64,000 bases of DNA from Eubacteriales bacterium (GTDB taxonomy: Bacteria > Bacillota > Clostridia > Oscillospirales > CAG-272), in assembly GCA_045649925.1 (NCBI GenBank), contig JAZRQS010000002.1:1072-65071 (forward strand), read 5' to 3'. The notes beneath the pieces are model-generated. The model saw only the letters and a program-made list of their open reading frames with translations, searched no databases and had not been told where the DNA came from. Numbering within the stretch: the stretch's first letter is position 1; each line of letters starts with the position of its first letter. Below, piece by piece: positions 27,954-38,402 of the stretch. The position numbers were made by a program, and so were the translations under genes.

Positions 27954-28310
27954 TTATTTTTTTGAAAGAATGACGTCAGCGCATTCCTGCGCACATGAGA
28001 GCAGGGCGCGTACCTTGTCGTTGTCAGTTTCGCCAAGCTCGTCGGAAAGGGAAGTGAGCTTTCTCGCCAGCTTCTGCAAATTGGTGAATTGCTCGGCAAG
28101 TCCGAGCTTTTCTTCGAGGAAGAACAACTCCTCCTCCCCCTTTTTGATAAGGTGGCGCACTCCCTGTCGAGAGATACCCTCACTCTCTGCAATCTCTGCG
28201 AGTGAGAGGTCGTCGTTGTAATATAGATCAAGTATGCTTCTGTGTCTGTCGTTTAAAACGTCGCCATAGAAGTCGAGCAAGTACGGGACGTTCATATTTT
28301 TCTCAAACAT
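27954..28310 (-). CDS. ylxM: YlxM family protein
   Basis: LLDFYG..L, DLSLAEIAE..GISRQGV; upstream of ffh. Confidence 0.92.
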   Translation of the reverse strand: MFEKNMNVPYLLDFYGDVLNDRHRSILDLYYNDDLSLAEIAESEGISRQGVRHLIKKGEEELFFLEEKLGLAEQFTNLQKLARKLTSLSDELGETDNDKVRALLSCAQECADVILSKK

Positions 28311-28560
28311 AGCATACCTCAAAATCAAAATAACTACTGTAAACCAAATTACTTTACAAGTATATCACACAAAGTTTTCTTTGTCAAGTAAAAAAGACAA
28401 AAAAATTATAAAAAAAGATAAGTTTTTTTGAAAAAAGACTTGATATTTAGAGAAAGATATGCTATTATATATAAATGTATGAGCATGTTCAAGTTTCGCA
28501 CCCTCTCAGGTGAGACTTTGATAGATGAAAATATCCAAGAATATTTTAGGAGGAAGAAAA

Positions 28561-28824
28561 ATGCCGAATATCAAGTCTGCGAAGAAGCGTGTTAAGGTTA
28601 TTCAGGCCAAGACATTGCAGAATCAGATTTTCAAGACACAGATGCGTACTATCATCAAGAAGTATGACGCTGCGCTTGAGAGCGGAGATAAGGAAGCAGC
28701 TTGTGCAGCGTATAAGCTTGCAGTTAAGAAGATCGACCAGGCAGTTAGCCGTGGTATCATTCATAAGAACTGCGCTGCGCACAAGAAGAGCGCTTTCACA
28801 ATTAAGCTTAACAAAATGGCGTAA
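28561..28824 (+). CDS. rpsT: 30S ribosomal protein S20
   Basis: MPNIKSAKKRV, GIIHKN.AA. Confidence 0.97.
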   Translation: MPNIKSAKKRVKVIQAKTLQNQIFKTQMRTIIKKYDAALESGDKEAACAAYKLAVKKIDQAVSRGIIHKNCAAHKKSAFTIKLNKMA

Positions 28825-28838
28825 ACCTTATTATATAG

Positions 28839-28870
28839 AAAAAGCACGGAATAACCCACCGTGCTTTTTC
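28839..28870 (+). terminator. Terminator after rpsT
   Basis: AAAAAGCACGG...CCGTGCTTTTT. Confidence 0.8.
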
Positions 28871-28925
28871 TATTTTTATGTAGCATTTTTGCTCTCGCTC
28901 TTTTCGCACCCCAACAAAGTAAAGT

Positions 28926-28965
28926 CCCTCACAAAAAATCCCCTCGCAAAAAATCCCCTCGCAAA
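28926..28965. repeat. Short 15-nt tandem repeat (about 2.7 copies)
   Basis: ccctcacaaaaaatc ccctcgcaaaaaatc ccctcgcaaa. Confidence 0.7.
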
Positions 28966-28967
28966 GC

Positions 28968-29000
28968 AAAAAGGCCTTCACTTTTGTGAAAGCCTTTTTT
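28968..29000 (-). terminator. Terminator after rpsR
   Basis: AAAAAGGCCTTCAC-TTTT-GTGAAAGCCTTTTT. Confidence 0.75.
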
Positions 29001-29018
29001 CGTCCATATATTAAAGCA

Positions 29019-29270
29019 TTAGTTGCTAACGTAAGGAAGAAGAGCAGCCTGACGAGCACGCTTGATAGCGGTTGTGAGCTCGCGCTGGTGCTTTGCGCAG
29101 GTTCCGGAAACACGGCGGGGAAGAATCTTTCCACGCTCGGAGATAAACTTCTTAAGTCTGGGAACGTCCTTGTAGTCGATAACTTCTACTTTATCGGTAC
29201 AGAAAGCGCAAACCTTCTTTTTTCTGCGAATATTAGGACGGAATGAACGCTGTGTATCGTTTCTATCCAT
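29019..29270 (-). CDS. rpsR: 30S ribosomal protein S18
   Basis: [32 protein letters not shown]. Confidence 0.98.
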   Translation of the reverse strand: MDRNDTQRSFRPNIRRKKKVCAFCTDKVEVIDYKDVPRLKKFISERGKILPRRVSGTCAKHQRELTTAIKRARQAALLPYVSN

Positions 29271-29342
29271 TTTAAAAATCCTAAACCTTTCTTCAAAATC
29301 AATTTTCGCTCGGAATTGCTCCGAGAGCAGTCAGGTGACTGA

Positions 29343-29795
29343 TTAGAACGGCAGATTGTCGTCAGAGGTAACCTCTTCAAAGCTCATACCGCTACCGCTT
29401 GTGTAAGCAGGAGTGGAGTAGTTTGAAGGAGCGTTATACTGAGAGTCGGAGCGATTGTCGTCACTCTTGTTGCCGACAAAGGAAACCTCGTCAGCGAGAA
29501 TTTCGACTGTGTAGCGCTTAGCGCCGTCCTTATCTTCCCAGTTTCTTGACTGGATCTGACCGCATACGAGTATGGGGCTACCCTTTTTGAAATACTTGGA
29601 AACGAATTCCGCGGACTGTCTCCATGCGACAACGTCAAGGAAATCAGCTGTCTGCTGTCCTTGCTCTGCAGCTCTTGCATATCTGCGCTGTACAGCAAGT
29701 CTGAAGCGGCATACTGAGATACCGTTGGGTGTCTGCTTGAGTTCGGGGTCAGCCACCATGTTACCAATAAGAATAACCTTGTTTAAGCTTGCCAT
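29343..29795 (-). CDS. ssb: Single-stranded DNA-binding protein
   Basis: LNKVILIGN..ADPEL, C-terminal DDNLPF. Confidence 0.97.
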   Translation of the reverse strand: MASLNKVILIGNMVADPELKQTPNGISVCRFRLAVQRRYARAAEQGQQTADFLDVVAWRQSAEFVSKYFKKGSPILVCGQIQSRNWEDKDGAKRYTVEILADEVSFVGNKSDDNRSDSQYNAPSNYSTPAYTSGSGMSFEEVTSDDNLPF

Positions 29796-29816
29796 TTTTT
29801 CGTCTCCTTTGTTTTT

Positions 29817-30176
29817 TTACTCTGCTGCTTCTTCAGCGACAGCAGCTTCAGCAACAGCCTCAACTGCAGGAGCCGCCTTCTTAGCTGTAGCAACGGTAAC
29901 CATAGCACGAATGATGCTGTCGTTGATACCGAATATACGCTTCAGCTCAGCAGGGAAATCGGTAGCGCTCTTGAAATTAACGCAAACATAATATCCTTCA
30001 TTGATGTAGTTGATAGGATATGCGAGCTTGCGCTTACCCCACTCGTTAACTGACTCGATTGTACCGTTATCAGCAATAAGCGTGGTGAACTTTTCGACAG
30101 TAGACTTGATCTCCTCTTCGGGGAGCTGGCCGTTTACTACGAACAAGACTTCATAAGAACCAATCTTTTTCTCCAT
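29817..30176 (-). CDS. rpsF: 30S ribosomal protein S6
   Basis: YE, WGKRKLAYPI, EGYY; rpsF-ssb-rpsR order. Confidence 0.97.
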   Translation of the reverse strand: MEKKIGSYEVLFVVNGQLPEEEIKSTVEKFTTLIADNGTIESVNEWGKRKLAYPINYINEGYYVCVNFKSATDFPAELKRIFGINDSIIRAMVTVATAKKAAPAVEAVAEAAVAEEAAE

Positions 30177-30184
30177 TTTAATTA

Positions 30185-30230
30185 CACCTCCTTATGGTCG
30201 TTTCGGTCACATACGTGACAAGGAGCAGGA
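30185..30230 (-). ncRNA. S6:S18 ribosomal protein leader
   Basis: Minus strand CTCCTTG-tcacgtatgtga-CCG-aaacgaccat-AAGGAGG: a stem sequestering the RBS with the conserved CCR loop motif. Confidence 0.75.
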
Positions 30231-30300
30231 CAAATAGTCCAAACCATTTATGAATTATAACATAATAAACACGTTTTGTCAAGGGATTTGCCAAATATTC

Positions 30301-31494
30301 TTAATTATTTTCCTCGCCTGCTTCAAGTGGGTTGTATCCCTTGTAATCCTCTATATCTATAGGCAGATTTCTCTTTTGCAGAGAGCGGGCACAGTGCAGA
30401 CGGATATCTACGGAAACTGTGCAGAAGAGAGGAATAGCTATTATTGTGCCGAGCACACCGAAAAGTCCGTAGGAGATGAGCGAAATCACTATTATCGTGC
30501 CCAATTCGGGACGGAGCTTTTTCTTCATCATCGCAGGCTCAATTATAAAGCTCTCGAATATCTGTGTTACGAGAATTGTTATAAGGAGCATAAGAGCATG
30601 CTGTCTGTGTGTGATGAATACAAGAGTAAGTGTGAGCAGTGCGCCTATTATAGGTCCAAATACAGGCACTATTCCAAGCACGAGAAGTATGAGGAATATC
30701 AGCGGATAGAAGGGTATTCCTGCAATTCTGCATACAAGGAAGGTAATCGAGCTTATATACAGGGAGCAGAGAATACGAGCAGAGAGGAATTCCGTAAAGT
30801 CGGTGTAGAGCCTTTTCAGGAATACCGCTATCTTGCGTTCCCACTTGTGAGGGCATATAGCAGTGAGCACCTTTGCGCATATAACTCCGAGATATTTTCT
30901 TGATGCAATGAAGTATATCGACATGATAAGTCCCAACACAATGTCGGATATCTCGCCGAATATTTTTCCACTCAAGGACTGTATCTGTGATGCAAGCGAA
31001 GACGAGTCTACAGAGAGAAGCTCATCGTAAACATAGGTCGTTACGTTGTTGTAGATATTGAGCAGTATCGAGGAGTCCTCGACGATAGACTCTATCCAGT
31101 CACGAGTGGTATTTATAGAAGTTATGATAGACGCTCTCAGCTCGGTTATCGTGGTGAGCATGGGAGGGATAATCATAGTGAATACTATGGCTACTACAAG
31201 CAGGAAAACAAGGTAGACCGTCACAAGAGACAACGCCTTTACAGTTTTCGGTCTGTCCTTCTTTTTGCACACCAGCTTGGTATACAACTTTTCGTTCGAA
31301 CGTGCAAACGGGAAGAAGAACAAGGCGAACAGCACGCCATAGAATACAGCCTTCATCTTTGAAAGCAAGAGGATTATCCAGTCCTTGACTGTCACAAGAT
31401 TAGCGCACAGGAGCCAGAACAGGATACCAAACATCAATACACCAAGCGCGTACGCCGCTATGGTGAGATTTCGCTTGTTGAAATATTCTTTCAT
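30301..31494 (-). CDS. AI-2E family transporter
   Basis: Multi-TM; VPVFGP.IG, QIFE..IIEP, G.IIAIP. Confidence 0.85.
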   Translation of the reverse strand: MKEYFNKRNLTIAAYALGVLMFGILFWLLCANLVTVKDWIILLLSKMKAVFYGVLFALFFFPFARSNEKLYTKLVCKKKDRPKTVKALSLVTVYLVFLLVVAIVFTMIIPPMLTTITELRASIITSINTTRDWIESIVEDSSILLNIYNNVTTYVYDELLSVDSSSLASQIQSLSGKIFGEISDIVLGLIMSIYFIASRKYLGVICAKVLTAICPHKWERKIAVFLKRLYTDFTEFLSARILCSLYISSITFLVCRIAGIPFYPLIFLILLVLGIVPVFGPIIGALLTLTLVFITHRQHALMLLITILVTQIFESFIIEPAMMKKKLRPELGTIIVISLISYGLFGVLGTIIAIPLFCTVSVDIRLHCARSLQKRNLPIDIEDYKGYNPLEAGEENN

Positions 31495-32717
31495 TTCGCA
31501 TCCTCCTTTTCTTCGATAGAAGCATCGCTTGACGCTTCTTTGTCCGTCTCGTAGGAATTTGCGTCAATGGCAAAGAATTCCTTGTAGGAGGAGTGCTCTG
31601 TCGGCAGATTTTTCTTTTTCAGTCGATGGTTGATAAATCTCTGCGCAAATATATAAATGGTGGAGAAGAGAGGAACTGCGATGAACATACCGACAATTCC
31701 GAAAATTCCGCCTATTATTGTGATTGCGACAATTATCCAGAGCGAGCTTAATCCGACTGTTTCACTCTGTATACGGGGACATATTATATTTCCGTCTATC
31801 TGCTGTACCACGAGAATAATAACCAAAAACCAAAACGCTTTTACAGGGTCTGAAATAAAGATTATTATAAAGCTCGGGATAGCTCCGAGGAACGGACCGA
31901 AATACGGGATTACGTTGGTAATGCACACTATTACGCTGATGACAGAATAGTAGGGCATCTTGAATATCCAGAGAATGATGAATACTATTACTCCGACAAG
32001 GAGCGAGTCAATGAGCTGACCGACAAAAAATCTTCCAAAGGCTCTGTCGGCGTTTTTGATTACCTCATACGAAAAGGTAAACGCTTTTTTAGGGAGTATG
32101 GCGGAGAAATACTTCTTCGTGCCTGCAATGACGTTTTCCTTTCTCAGCATTATATAGAAGGAGAGCACAATGCCGATAAGGAGCTTTACCGTTACGACAA
32201 GTATCTGACCACTCCACACAGGTATCATAGAGCCTATATATTCTATAAGCTCGTTTGCAAAGCTGGAAATGGAGCTGTCGATATTGTCAATGTTGAACAC
32301 GCCCGAAAGACTGTTGATAAAGCTGATGACCTTTACCGCAAGCTCGGATATCTGCTGAATGAGCTCCTCATAGTTGTTGAGTATCTGAGGAATAGTGAGC
32401 AACAGCAAAAGCGAGATAAACGCCATCATGGCGATATAGGCTATAATAATCGACACCACTCTCTTTATTATCGGGTGCGAGCGCTTTTTCTCAAGGTGAG
32501 AGAGCATTTTCTCTGCGCCTACCATTACAGGATTGCATATATAAGCAATGAGAAGTGCATAGAAAATGGGAGAAACAATGTCAAAAAAGCCCGATAAGGA
32601 AATTTTTATCGTGCTGAAATTAAGACCTATCTGAATTATAGCTATAGCGACGGCGAGCACGCAGCACGCAATAAGCGATATAGCCATATATTTTTTGTTT
32701 CTGTCTATTTTGAACAT
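31491..32717 (-). CDS. AI-2E family transporter
   Basis: IAYICNP, TNVIPYFGPFLGAIP, QQIDGNIICP, GMFIAVP. Confidence 0.9.
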   Translation of the reverse strand: MFKIDRNKKYMAISLIACCVLAVAIAIIQIGLNFSTIKISLSGFFDIVSPIFYALLIAYICNPVMVGAEKMLSHLEKKRSHPIIKRVVSIIIAYIAMMAFISLLLLLTIPQILNNYEELIQQISELAVKVISFINSLSGVFNIDNIDSSISSFANELIEYIGSMIPVWSGQILVVTVKLLIGIVLSFYIMLRKENVIAGTKKYFSAILPKKAFTFSYEVIKNADRAFGRFFVGQLIDSLLVGVIVFIILWIFKMPYYSVISVIVCITNVIPYFGPFLGAIPSFIIIFISDPVKAFWFLVIILVVQQIDGNIICPRIQSETVGLSSLWIIVAITIIGGIFGIVGMFIAVPLFSTIYIFAQRFINHRLKKKNLPTEHSSYKEFFAIDANSYETDKEASSDASIEEKEDAK

Positions 32718-32916
32718 TCTTTGCTCCCAAAAAATTTTTTAGTTGCTTTTGTTTATTTATTATACATTATATTATATAAAAATTCAACATTAAATTATGA
32801 ATTTAATAAAAATCATAAAAAATTTGCCCCAAAGTCCATAAAAACCAAAAAAAGCATTGAAAGTATCGCCAATAAAGTGTATAATTATATCACGAAAAGT
32901 AAAAAAGGATAAGGAT

Positions 32917-33792
32917 ATGAAATTCTACGAGAGCGCATATGCGAAAATAAATCTCTTCCTCGACGTTAATTGCAAAATGGAAAACGGCTTTCATGGTATA
33001 AGCTCCGTTATGCACGCCGTCAGCCTGAAGGACGATATAACAGTGGAGCTCGTGAGACCGAGGAAAGAGCTTATCACCATGTATATAAAGGGGGATTTCT
33101 ACCTTCATTGCGGAAACAAAAATCTCGCTTATCGCGCCGCAGAGGCGTTTATGGAGGCGTATGGGGAGAAATTCCCGATACACATAACCATGCACAAGCG
33201 TATTCCCGTAGCGGCTGGTCTTGCGGGAGGAAGCAGTGATGCGGCGGCAGTCCTTCGCGCACTCAATCGCGCAAAAAACAAGCCGTTTACTGTAAGCGAG
33301 CTTTGCACAATCGGTGAAAAGCTCGGCTCGGACGTCCCCTTCTGCATAAGAGGTCGCACACACTTGTGCGAGGGCAGAGGAGAAATTCTCACCCCCATAA
33401 AGAGCAATCTTTCCTTAAATGCCGTAGTCGCTATAGCAGGCGAGAGAGTATCTACCCCTGCGGCTTACGGAAAGCTTGATGAGATGTATAACGACTTCAA
33501 GGTCATTGACGGCTCTTATACAGAGAGAATGATACAGGTAAAGTCTGCACTTGAGCATGGCGACAGAGGCGAGCTCTGCCGAAATTTATACAACATCTTT
33601 GAAGGAGCAGTGTTGCCCGAATGTCCTGGCGCCGTTGAGCTGAAGGAAAAAATGCTTTCTCTTGGTGCAGAGGCTGCAATGATGAGTGGAAGCGGTCCGT
33701 CGGTCTTTGGCATCTTTGCTGATAGAGAGTCTGCGCAAAACGCAGCGACAGCAATAGGCGCAAACGCCTATGCAGTACACAGTATAGTATAA
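32917..33792 (+). CDS. ispE: 4-diphosphocytidyl-2-C-methyl-D-erythritol kinase
   Basis: AYAKINLFL, KRIPVAAGLAGGSSDAA, GSDVPF, MSGSGP. Confidence 0.96.
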   Translation: MKFYESAYAKINLFLDVNCKMENGFHGISSVMHAVSLKDDITVELVRPRKELITMYIKGDFYLHCGNKNLAYRAAEAFMEAYGEKFPIHITMHKRIPVAAGLAGGSSDAAAVLRALNRAKNKPFTVSELCTIGEKLGSDVPFCIRGRTHLCEGRGEILTPIKSNLSLNAVVAIAGERVSTPAAYGKLDEMYNDFKVIDGSYTERMIQVKSALEHGDRGELCRNLYNIFEGAVLPECPGAVELKEKMLSLGAEAAMMSGSGPSVFGIFADRESAQNAATAIGANAYAVHSIV

Positions 33793-33828
33793 GGCAAGGC
33801 ATTTTCGTGCTTTGGCAAGGAGATAGAT

Positions 33829-34590
33829 ATGAGTGAAGGAATTTACGGCGCACTCGCTCCGTATTATGACCAGCTTCAGCAGGTAGATTACGTTAGCTGG
33901 GCTGACTTTTTTGAGAGGGCGTTTTCCTTATATTTTGACGGCAAGGTGAGTGATGTGCTCGACCTCGGCTGTGGTACGGGTAGTATGACGCTCGAGCTGT
34001 GCCGTCGGGGATACGATATGATAGGCGTGGACATTTCACCTGAGATGCTCGCACTCGCCGCTCAGTCGGGCGATAGGGAAGGTATGTCGGATAAGCTCTT
34101 GTGGCTCTGTCAGGATATGCGCTCCTTTGAGCTTTACGGCACAGTAGAGGCGACGGTATCCTGTCTTGACTGCCTGAACCACCTCACCGACACAAGGCAG
34201 CTGACCGAGTGTCTCTCACTCGTGCATAACTATCTTGTTCCAAACGGACTTTTCATATTTGACTTAAACAGTAAATACAAGTTTGAAAATATATACGCCG
34301 ACAATTCCTTCGTGTTTGAGGAGGAGGAGCTTATGTGCGTATGGCAGAATTTTTACAATAGAAAAACTCACCTGTGCGACTTCTGTATCTCCTTGTTTGA
34401 GCAGGATTCTGACGGAAGATACGTAAGGACAGACGAGTATCAGAGAGAGCGTATGTACCCCGTAAGCACGATTAAAAAGCTCCTTTGCAAGACAGGCTTT
34501 GATGTGATAGGGATATATGGTGACCTTGATTTCACTCCTGCCACAGAAGAAGACGAGCGCCTTTACATAATAGCGAGGGCAAAGAAATAA
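33829..34590 (+). CDS. Class I SAM-dependent methyltransferase
   Basis: [28 protein letters not shown]. Confidence 0.9.
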   Translation: MSEGIYGALAPYYDQLQQVDYVSWADFFERAFSLYFDGKVSDVLDLGCGTGSMTLELCRRGYDMIGVDISPEMLALAAQSGDREGMSDKLLWLCQDMRSFELYGTVEATVSCLDCLNHLTDTRQLTECLSLVHNYLVPNGLFIFDLNSKYKFENIYADNSFVFEEEELMCVWQNFYNRKTHLCDFCISLFEQDSDGRYVRTDEYQRERMYPVSTIKKLLCKTGFDVIGIYGDLDFTPATEEDERLYIIARAKK

Positions 34591-34621
34591 TAGCACAAAA
34601 ACAGAGGAAATAGAGAATAAA

Positions 34622-35503
34622 ATGGAAAAATCGACGATTTTGAGAGGTATGACGAGAGACGGAAGCGCCCGTGTCCTTGTCATAAATTCTACCACTATGG
34701 TAAACGAGGCGGCAAAAATACACACCACAGCCCCCACCGCTACTGCGGCGCTCGGCAGACTTATCTCAGCCGCTTCAATGATGGGTAGCCTTATGGGAGA
34801 GGTAAACAACAGAATTACGGTAGGCATAAACTCCGCAGGACAGGCTGGCAAGCTTATTTGTGTAGCAGATTATTACGGAAACGTAAAGGCGTATATTGAA
34901 AACCCTTTGGTAAACCCTGAAAAAAAGCCAAACGGAAAGCTTGACGTCGGAGGGGCTATAGGTGGAGGCTCGCTTTACGTTATTCGTGAGGACGGGGCAG
35001 GAGAGCCTCACGTAGGCACGATAGAGCTTCGCTCAGGAGAAATAGCAGAGGACATCACCGCCTACTTTGCCGAGAGCGAGCAGATACCCACACTTTGCTC
35101 ACTTGGTGTGCTTGTAGATGTGGACTATTCCTGCCTTGCGGCAGGTGGTGTGCTTGTTCAGCTTTTGCCGTTTGCAGATGAGGGAGTAATAGACCTGATA
35201 GAGAGAAATGCCCCCAACCTTGTAAATGTTTCACGTTATTTCCGAGAGGGAATGTCAAATCGTGAAATAGCCGACATAGCTATGAGAGATATCGAGTACG
35301 ATATTTTTGACGAGCTTGAGGTTGAGTATAAATGCGACTGCGAAGCAAAGAGATTTCTCGATAGCATCAGGTCGCTTGGCGAAAAGGAAATAAAGTCAAT
35401 GCTCGACGAGCAGCAAGCTGAGGGCAAGCCGAGAGAGCTTGAGGTAAAGTGCCGTTTCTGCAATAAGAATTACGTCTTTGATGAAAAGACACTTTTGAAA
35501 TAA
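34622..35503 (+). CDS. hslO: Hsp33 redox-regulated chaperone
   Basis: AALGR, GEIAED...YF..SEQ.P, AGG, CDC...CRFC. Confidence 0.95.
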   Translation: MEKSTILRGMTRDGSARVLVINSTTMVNEAAKIHTTAPTATAALGRLISAASMMGSLMGEVNNRITVGINSAGQAGKLICVADYYGNVKAYIENPLVNPEKKPNGKLDVGGAIGGGSLYVIREDGAGEPHVGTIELRSGEIAEDITAYFAESEQIPTLCSLGVLVDVDYSCLAAGGVLVQLLPFADEGVIDLIERNAPNLVNVSRYFREGMSNREIADIAMRDIEYDIFDELEVEYKCDCEAKRFLDSIRSLGEKEIKSMLDEQQAEGKPRELEVKCRFCNKNYVFDEKTLLK

Positions 35504-35543
35504 AACAACAATATAGCAAAAAGTATATAAAAGGGAGAAGCAA

Positions 35544-36797
35544 ATGAGATACTTACAGGGAAATGCAGTAGTAGGACAGTCAGGTGGCCCGACAGCCGCT
35601 ATAAACGCTACTCTGTCAGGAGTTATAAGAGGAGTGTTTGACGCTCGTAAGAAGGGCATAATAAACACCATTTACGGAATGAGAAACGGTATAGAGGGCT
35701 TGCTTGAGGAAAGAATTATAGATCTTTGCGAGGAGTTTGAGGACAAGGAAAAGCTTTCTCTGCTTGAGCATACTCCTGCCGCCGCACTTGGCTCCTGCCG
35801 TAAAAAGCTGCCTCCCGTTGGCGAGGGGGATGAGGTGTATGAAAAGCTCCTTGCCATCTTCAAGAAGTATAATATACGCTATTTCTTCTACATCGGCGGA
35901 AACGACTCAATGGACACAGTCGCAAAGCTTTCCGCATATACGAAAAACCACGATTATGAAATGAGAGTAGTGGGCGTGCCCAAGACTATAGACAACGACC
36001 TTGTCGGCACAGACCACACCCCTGGCTTTGGCTCTGCCGCTAAGTATATCGCCACCACTATGCAGGAGATAATACGTGACTGCTCTGTCTATACGGTAAA
36101 GGCGGTTACTATAGTTGAGATAATGGGTAGAGACGCAGGCTGGCTTGCCGCCTCTGCTGCATTGCCGGGAGCAGTATTTGGCGAGGAGCTTGCCCCCGAC
36201 CTTGTTTATTTGCCCGAAAAGGTGTTCGATATGGACGAATTCCTTTCCTCCGTACGCCGTTGTCTTGAAAAGCACCCCAACGTCGTCGTAGCCGTTTCTG
36301 AGGGTGTGCGCTTTGCAGACGGCAGATATGTCGGAGAGGGGACACAGAGCGGTAGCGTAGACGCCTTCGGTCATAAGTATCTCGCAGGCACCGGCAAGGC
36401 GCTTGAGCTTACTGTAAAGGCAGAGATAGGATGTAAGGTACGCTCTATCGAGCTCAGCCTTCCCCAGAGATGTGCCGCTCATCTTGGCTCTCGTACAGAC
36501 ATTACAGAGTCCGTCAAGGTGGGTAGGTCCGCAGTGAAGGCGGCGTGCGCAGGTCAGTCTGAGGTAATGATGTGTATGGTACGTAAAGAGGACAAAAACG
36601 GCGCATATAAGATAGATGTAAAGCCCTCGCCTATATACGACATCGCAAACAAGATAAAATATGTTCCCGATAGCTTCATCAATAAGGCAGGGAACAACGT
36701 GACAGACGAGTGCCTTGAATACCTGCTCCCCCTCATAGAAGGAGAAACAAGTGTAAAATATAAGTCAGGCTTGCCCTTGCACTACGTTATCAAGTAA
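35544..36797 (+). CDS. pfp: 6-phosphofructokinase, probably PPi-dependent
   Basis: QSGGPT..IN, GGNDS (Asp at the donor-specificity position), PKTIDND, MGR. Confidence 0.88.
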   Translation: MRYLQGNAVVGQSGGPTAAINATLSGVIRGVFDARKKGIINTIYGMRNGIEGLLEERIIDLCEEFEDKEKLSLLEHTPAAALGSCRKKLPPVGEGDEVYEKLLAIFKKYNIRYFFYIGGNDSMDTVAKLSAYTKNHDYEMRVVGVPKTIDNDLVGTDHTPGFGSAAKYIATTMQEIIRDCSVYTVKAVTIVEIMGRDAGWLAASAALPGAVFGEELAPDLVYLPEKVFDMDEFLSSVRRCLEKHPNVVVAVSEGVRFADGRYVGEGTQSGSVDAFGHKYLAGTGKALELTVKAEIGCKVRSIELSLPQRCAAHLGSRTDITESVKVGRSAVKAACAGQSEVMMCMVRKEDKNGAYKIDVKPSPIYDIANKIKYVPDSFINKAGNNVTDECLEYLLPLIEGETSVKYKSGLPLHYVIK

Positions 36798-36837
36798 TAG
36801 ATACGCTTAATAGATACGCTATCAAAACAGAATAACA

Positions 36838-36882
36838 GCACAACCGCAAAAAGCATAGACGCCTCATGCGGTTGTGTTTTTT
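36838..36882 (+). terminator. Terminator after pfk
   Basis: GCACAACCGCA...TGCGGTTGTGT + T-run. Confidence 0.75.
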
Positions 36883-36945
36883 ATTTTTTCGTTCTATTGA
36901 TTTGTTTTTTCTGTTTTTTGGCGAGGAGAGTTTTTCGCTCGAAAT

Positions 36946-36983
36946 AAAAAGCCGTCAGTAGTCGTTTGACCACTGACGGCTTT
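36946..36983 (-). terminator. Terminator after ftsZ
   Basis: AAAAAGCCGTCAGT...ACTGACGGCTTT. Confidence 0.8.
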
Positions 36984-37007
36984 GTTAGCTATTTTCTTAT
37001 AAGAGAA

Positions 37008-38126
37008 TTATCTTCTCTTGTTGATCATGTCCATGATAAAACCAAAGTCTGTGTCGCTGAGAGAAGACTTTTCAGGCTTCTTTGCGGCAACAGCCTCAGG
37101 TGTAGGCTCCTTGATTTCGGATACGGGCTCTGCCTTTACAGTTTCAGCGAAGATGTTTTTCTTGCCACTCTCAAAGCCTGTAGCGATGATTGTTACGCGC
37201 ATCTCATCGTTGAGCTCGGGATCGAATGCAGCACCCCAGATGATGTTTGCATCGGGATGAGCCTCCTCAGCGATAAGTGTAGATGCCTGTGTGATCTCGT
37301 CGAGTCCGATGTCGGGAGATGCCTTGATGCTGATAAGGATACCCTTTGCACCCTTGATGGATGTCTCGAGAAGGGGAGAGGAGATAGCAGCCTTTGCTGC
37401 GAGCTCTGCCTTTTCAGGACCATCTGCAATACCTGTACCCATATGAGCGAGACCTGCCTCCTGCATAACGGATGTAACGTCAGCGAAGTCGAGGTTGATA
37501 AATCCGGGAACATTGATAAGCTCGGAAATGCTCTGTACGCCTCTGCGGAGAACATCGTCTACCATCTCGAACGCCTTTGCAAGAGAGAGACGAACCTCGG
37601 AGATCTGGTTGAGTCTGTCGTTGGGGATTATGATAAGGGAGTCTACGTACTGTCTGAGGTTTTCGATACCTGCCTCAGCCTGAAGCATTCTCTTCTTACC
37701 CTCAAAGCTGAAGGGCTTTGTAACAATAGCAACAGTGAGTATGCCCATATCGTGAGCTACCTTCGCTACTACAGGAGCAGCACCTGTGCCTGTACCACCG
37801 CCCATGCCGGCAGTGATAAATACCATATCTGCACCGAAAAGAAGCTCCTTGATTTCCTCAAGGTTTTCCTCTGCGGCGAGCTTACCTGTTTCGGGGAATG
37901 CGCCTGCGCCGTGTCCCTTTGTTACCTTGTTACCGATAACGAGCTTTTTTGTAGCGCTTGAGGATTCAAGCGACTGCACGTCTGTGTTGATAGCGATGAA
38001 TTCAACGCCTCTGAGGTTGCTGAATATCATGCGGTTTACAGCGTTGTTACCGCCTCCACCGACACCAATAACCTTGATGTTTACGTTGTTCGCTGTGGTT
38101 TCTTCGACGCCAAAATTGAAGTCCAT
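37008..38126 (-). CDS. ftsZ: Cell division protein FtsZ
   Basis: [35 protein letters not shown]; start at ATG 38126 after GGGAGG. Confidence 0.97.
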   Translation of the reverse strand: MDFNFGVEETTANNVNIKVIGVGGGGNNAVNRMIFSNLRGVEFIAINTDVQSLESSSATKKLVIGNKVTKGHGAGAFPETGKLAAEENLEEIKELLFGADMVFITAGMGGGTGTGAAPVVAKVAHDMGILTVAIVTKPFSFEGKKRMLQAEAGIENLRQYVDSLIIIPNDRLNQISEVRLSLAKAFEMVDDVLRRGVQSISELINVPGFINLDFADVTSVMQEAGLAHMGTGIADGPEKAELAAKAAISSPLLETSIKGAKGILISIKASPDIGLDEITQASTLIAEEAHPDANIIWGAAFDPELNDEMRVTIIATGFESGKKNIFAETVKAEPVSEIKEPTPEAVAAKKPEKSSLSDTDFGFIMDMINKRR

Positions 38127-38402
38127 ATTTTTTACCTCCCGTAACAGATACCGCCGAAAAATCGGCAATCTATACTTATTTTTTTGTTTTCTGTATTTGA
38201 CGGTCTGTTGTCGGGCATCGGTATAGCGAAATGACGAATATGTAGCGCGCGTAAATACCCTATAACTTAACCTATCATATAAATATGATACAGTTAAATG
38301 GGTTAATTTTCAAGGGTTTTTGAAAAAATTAACGGTTTATTAATAATTTTATATAAGACAAATATTTTAATACCTCGTATACGCGCCTGAATCTGGCTTT
38401 TG

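Noticed and set aside
28926-28965. 15-nt repeats as CRISPR or iterons
   Set aside because: No spacers, fewer than three copies, no cas or rep gene; likely slippage between terminators.
36795-36820. TAATAGATACGCT tandem duplication at the pfk stop
   Set aside because: A simple 13-nt duplication with no element between the copies; not evidence of a mobile element.
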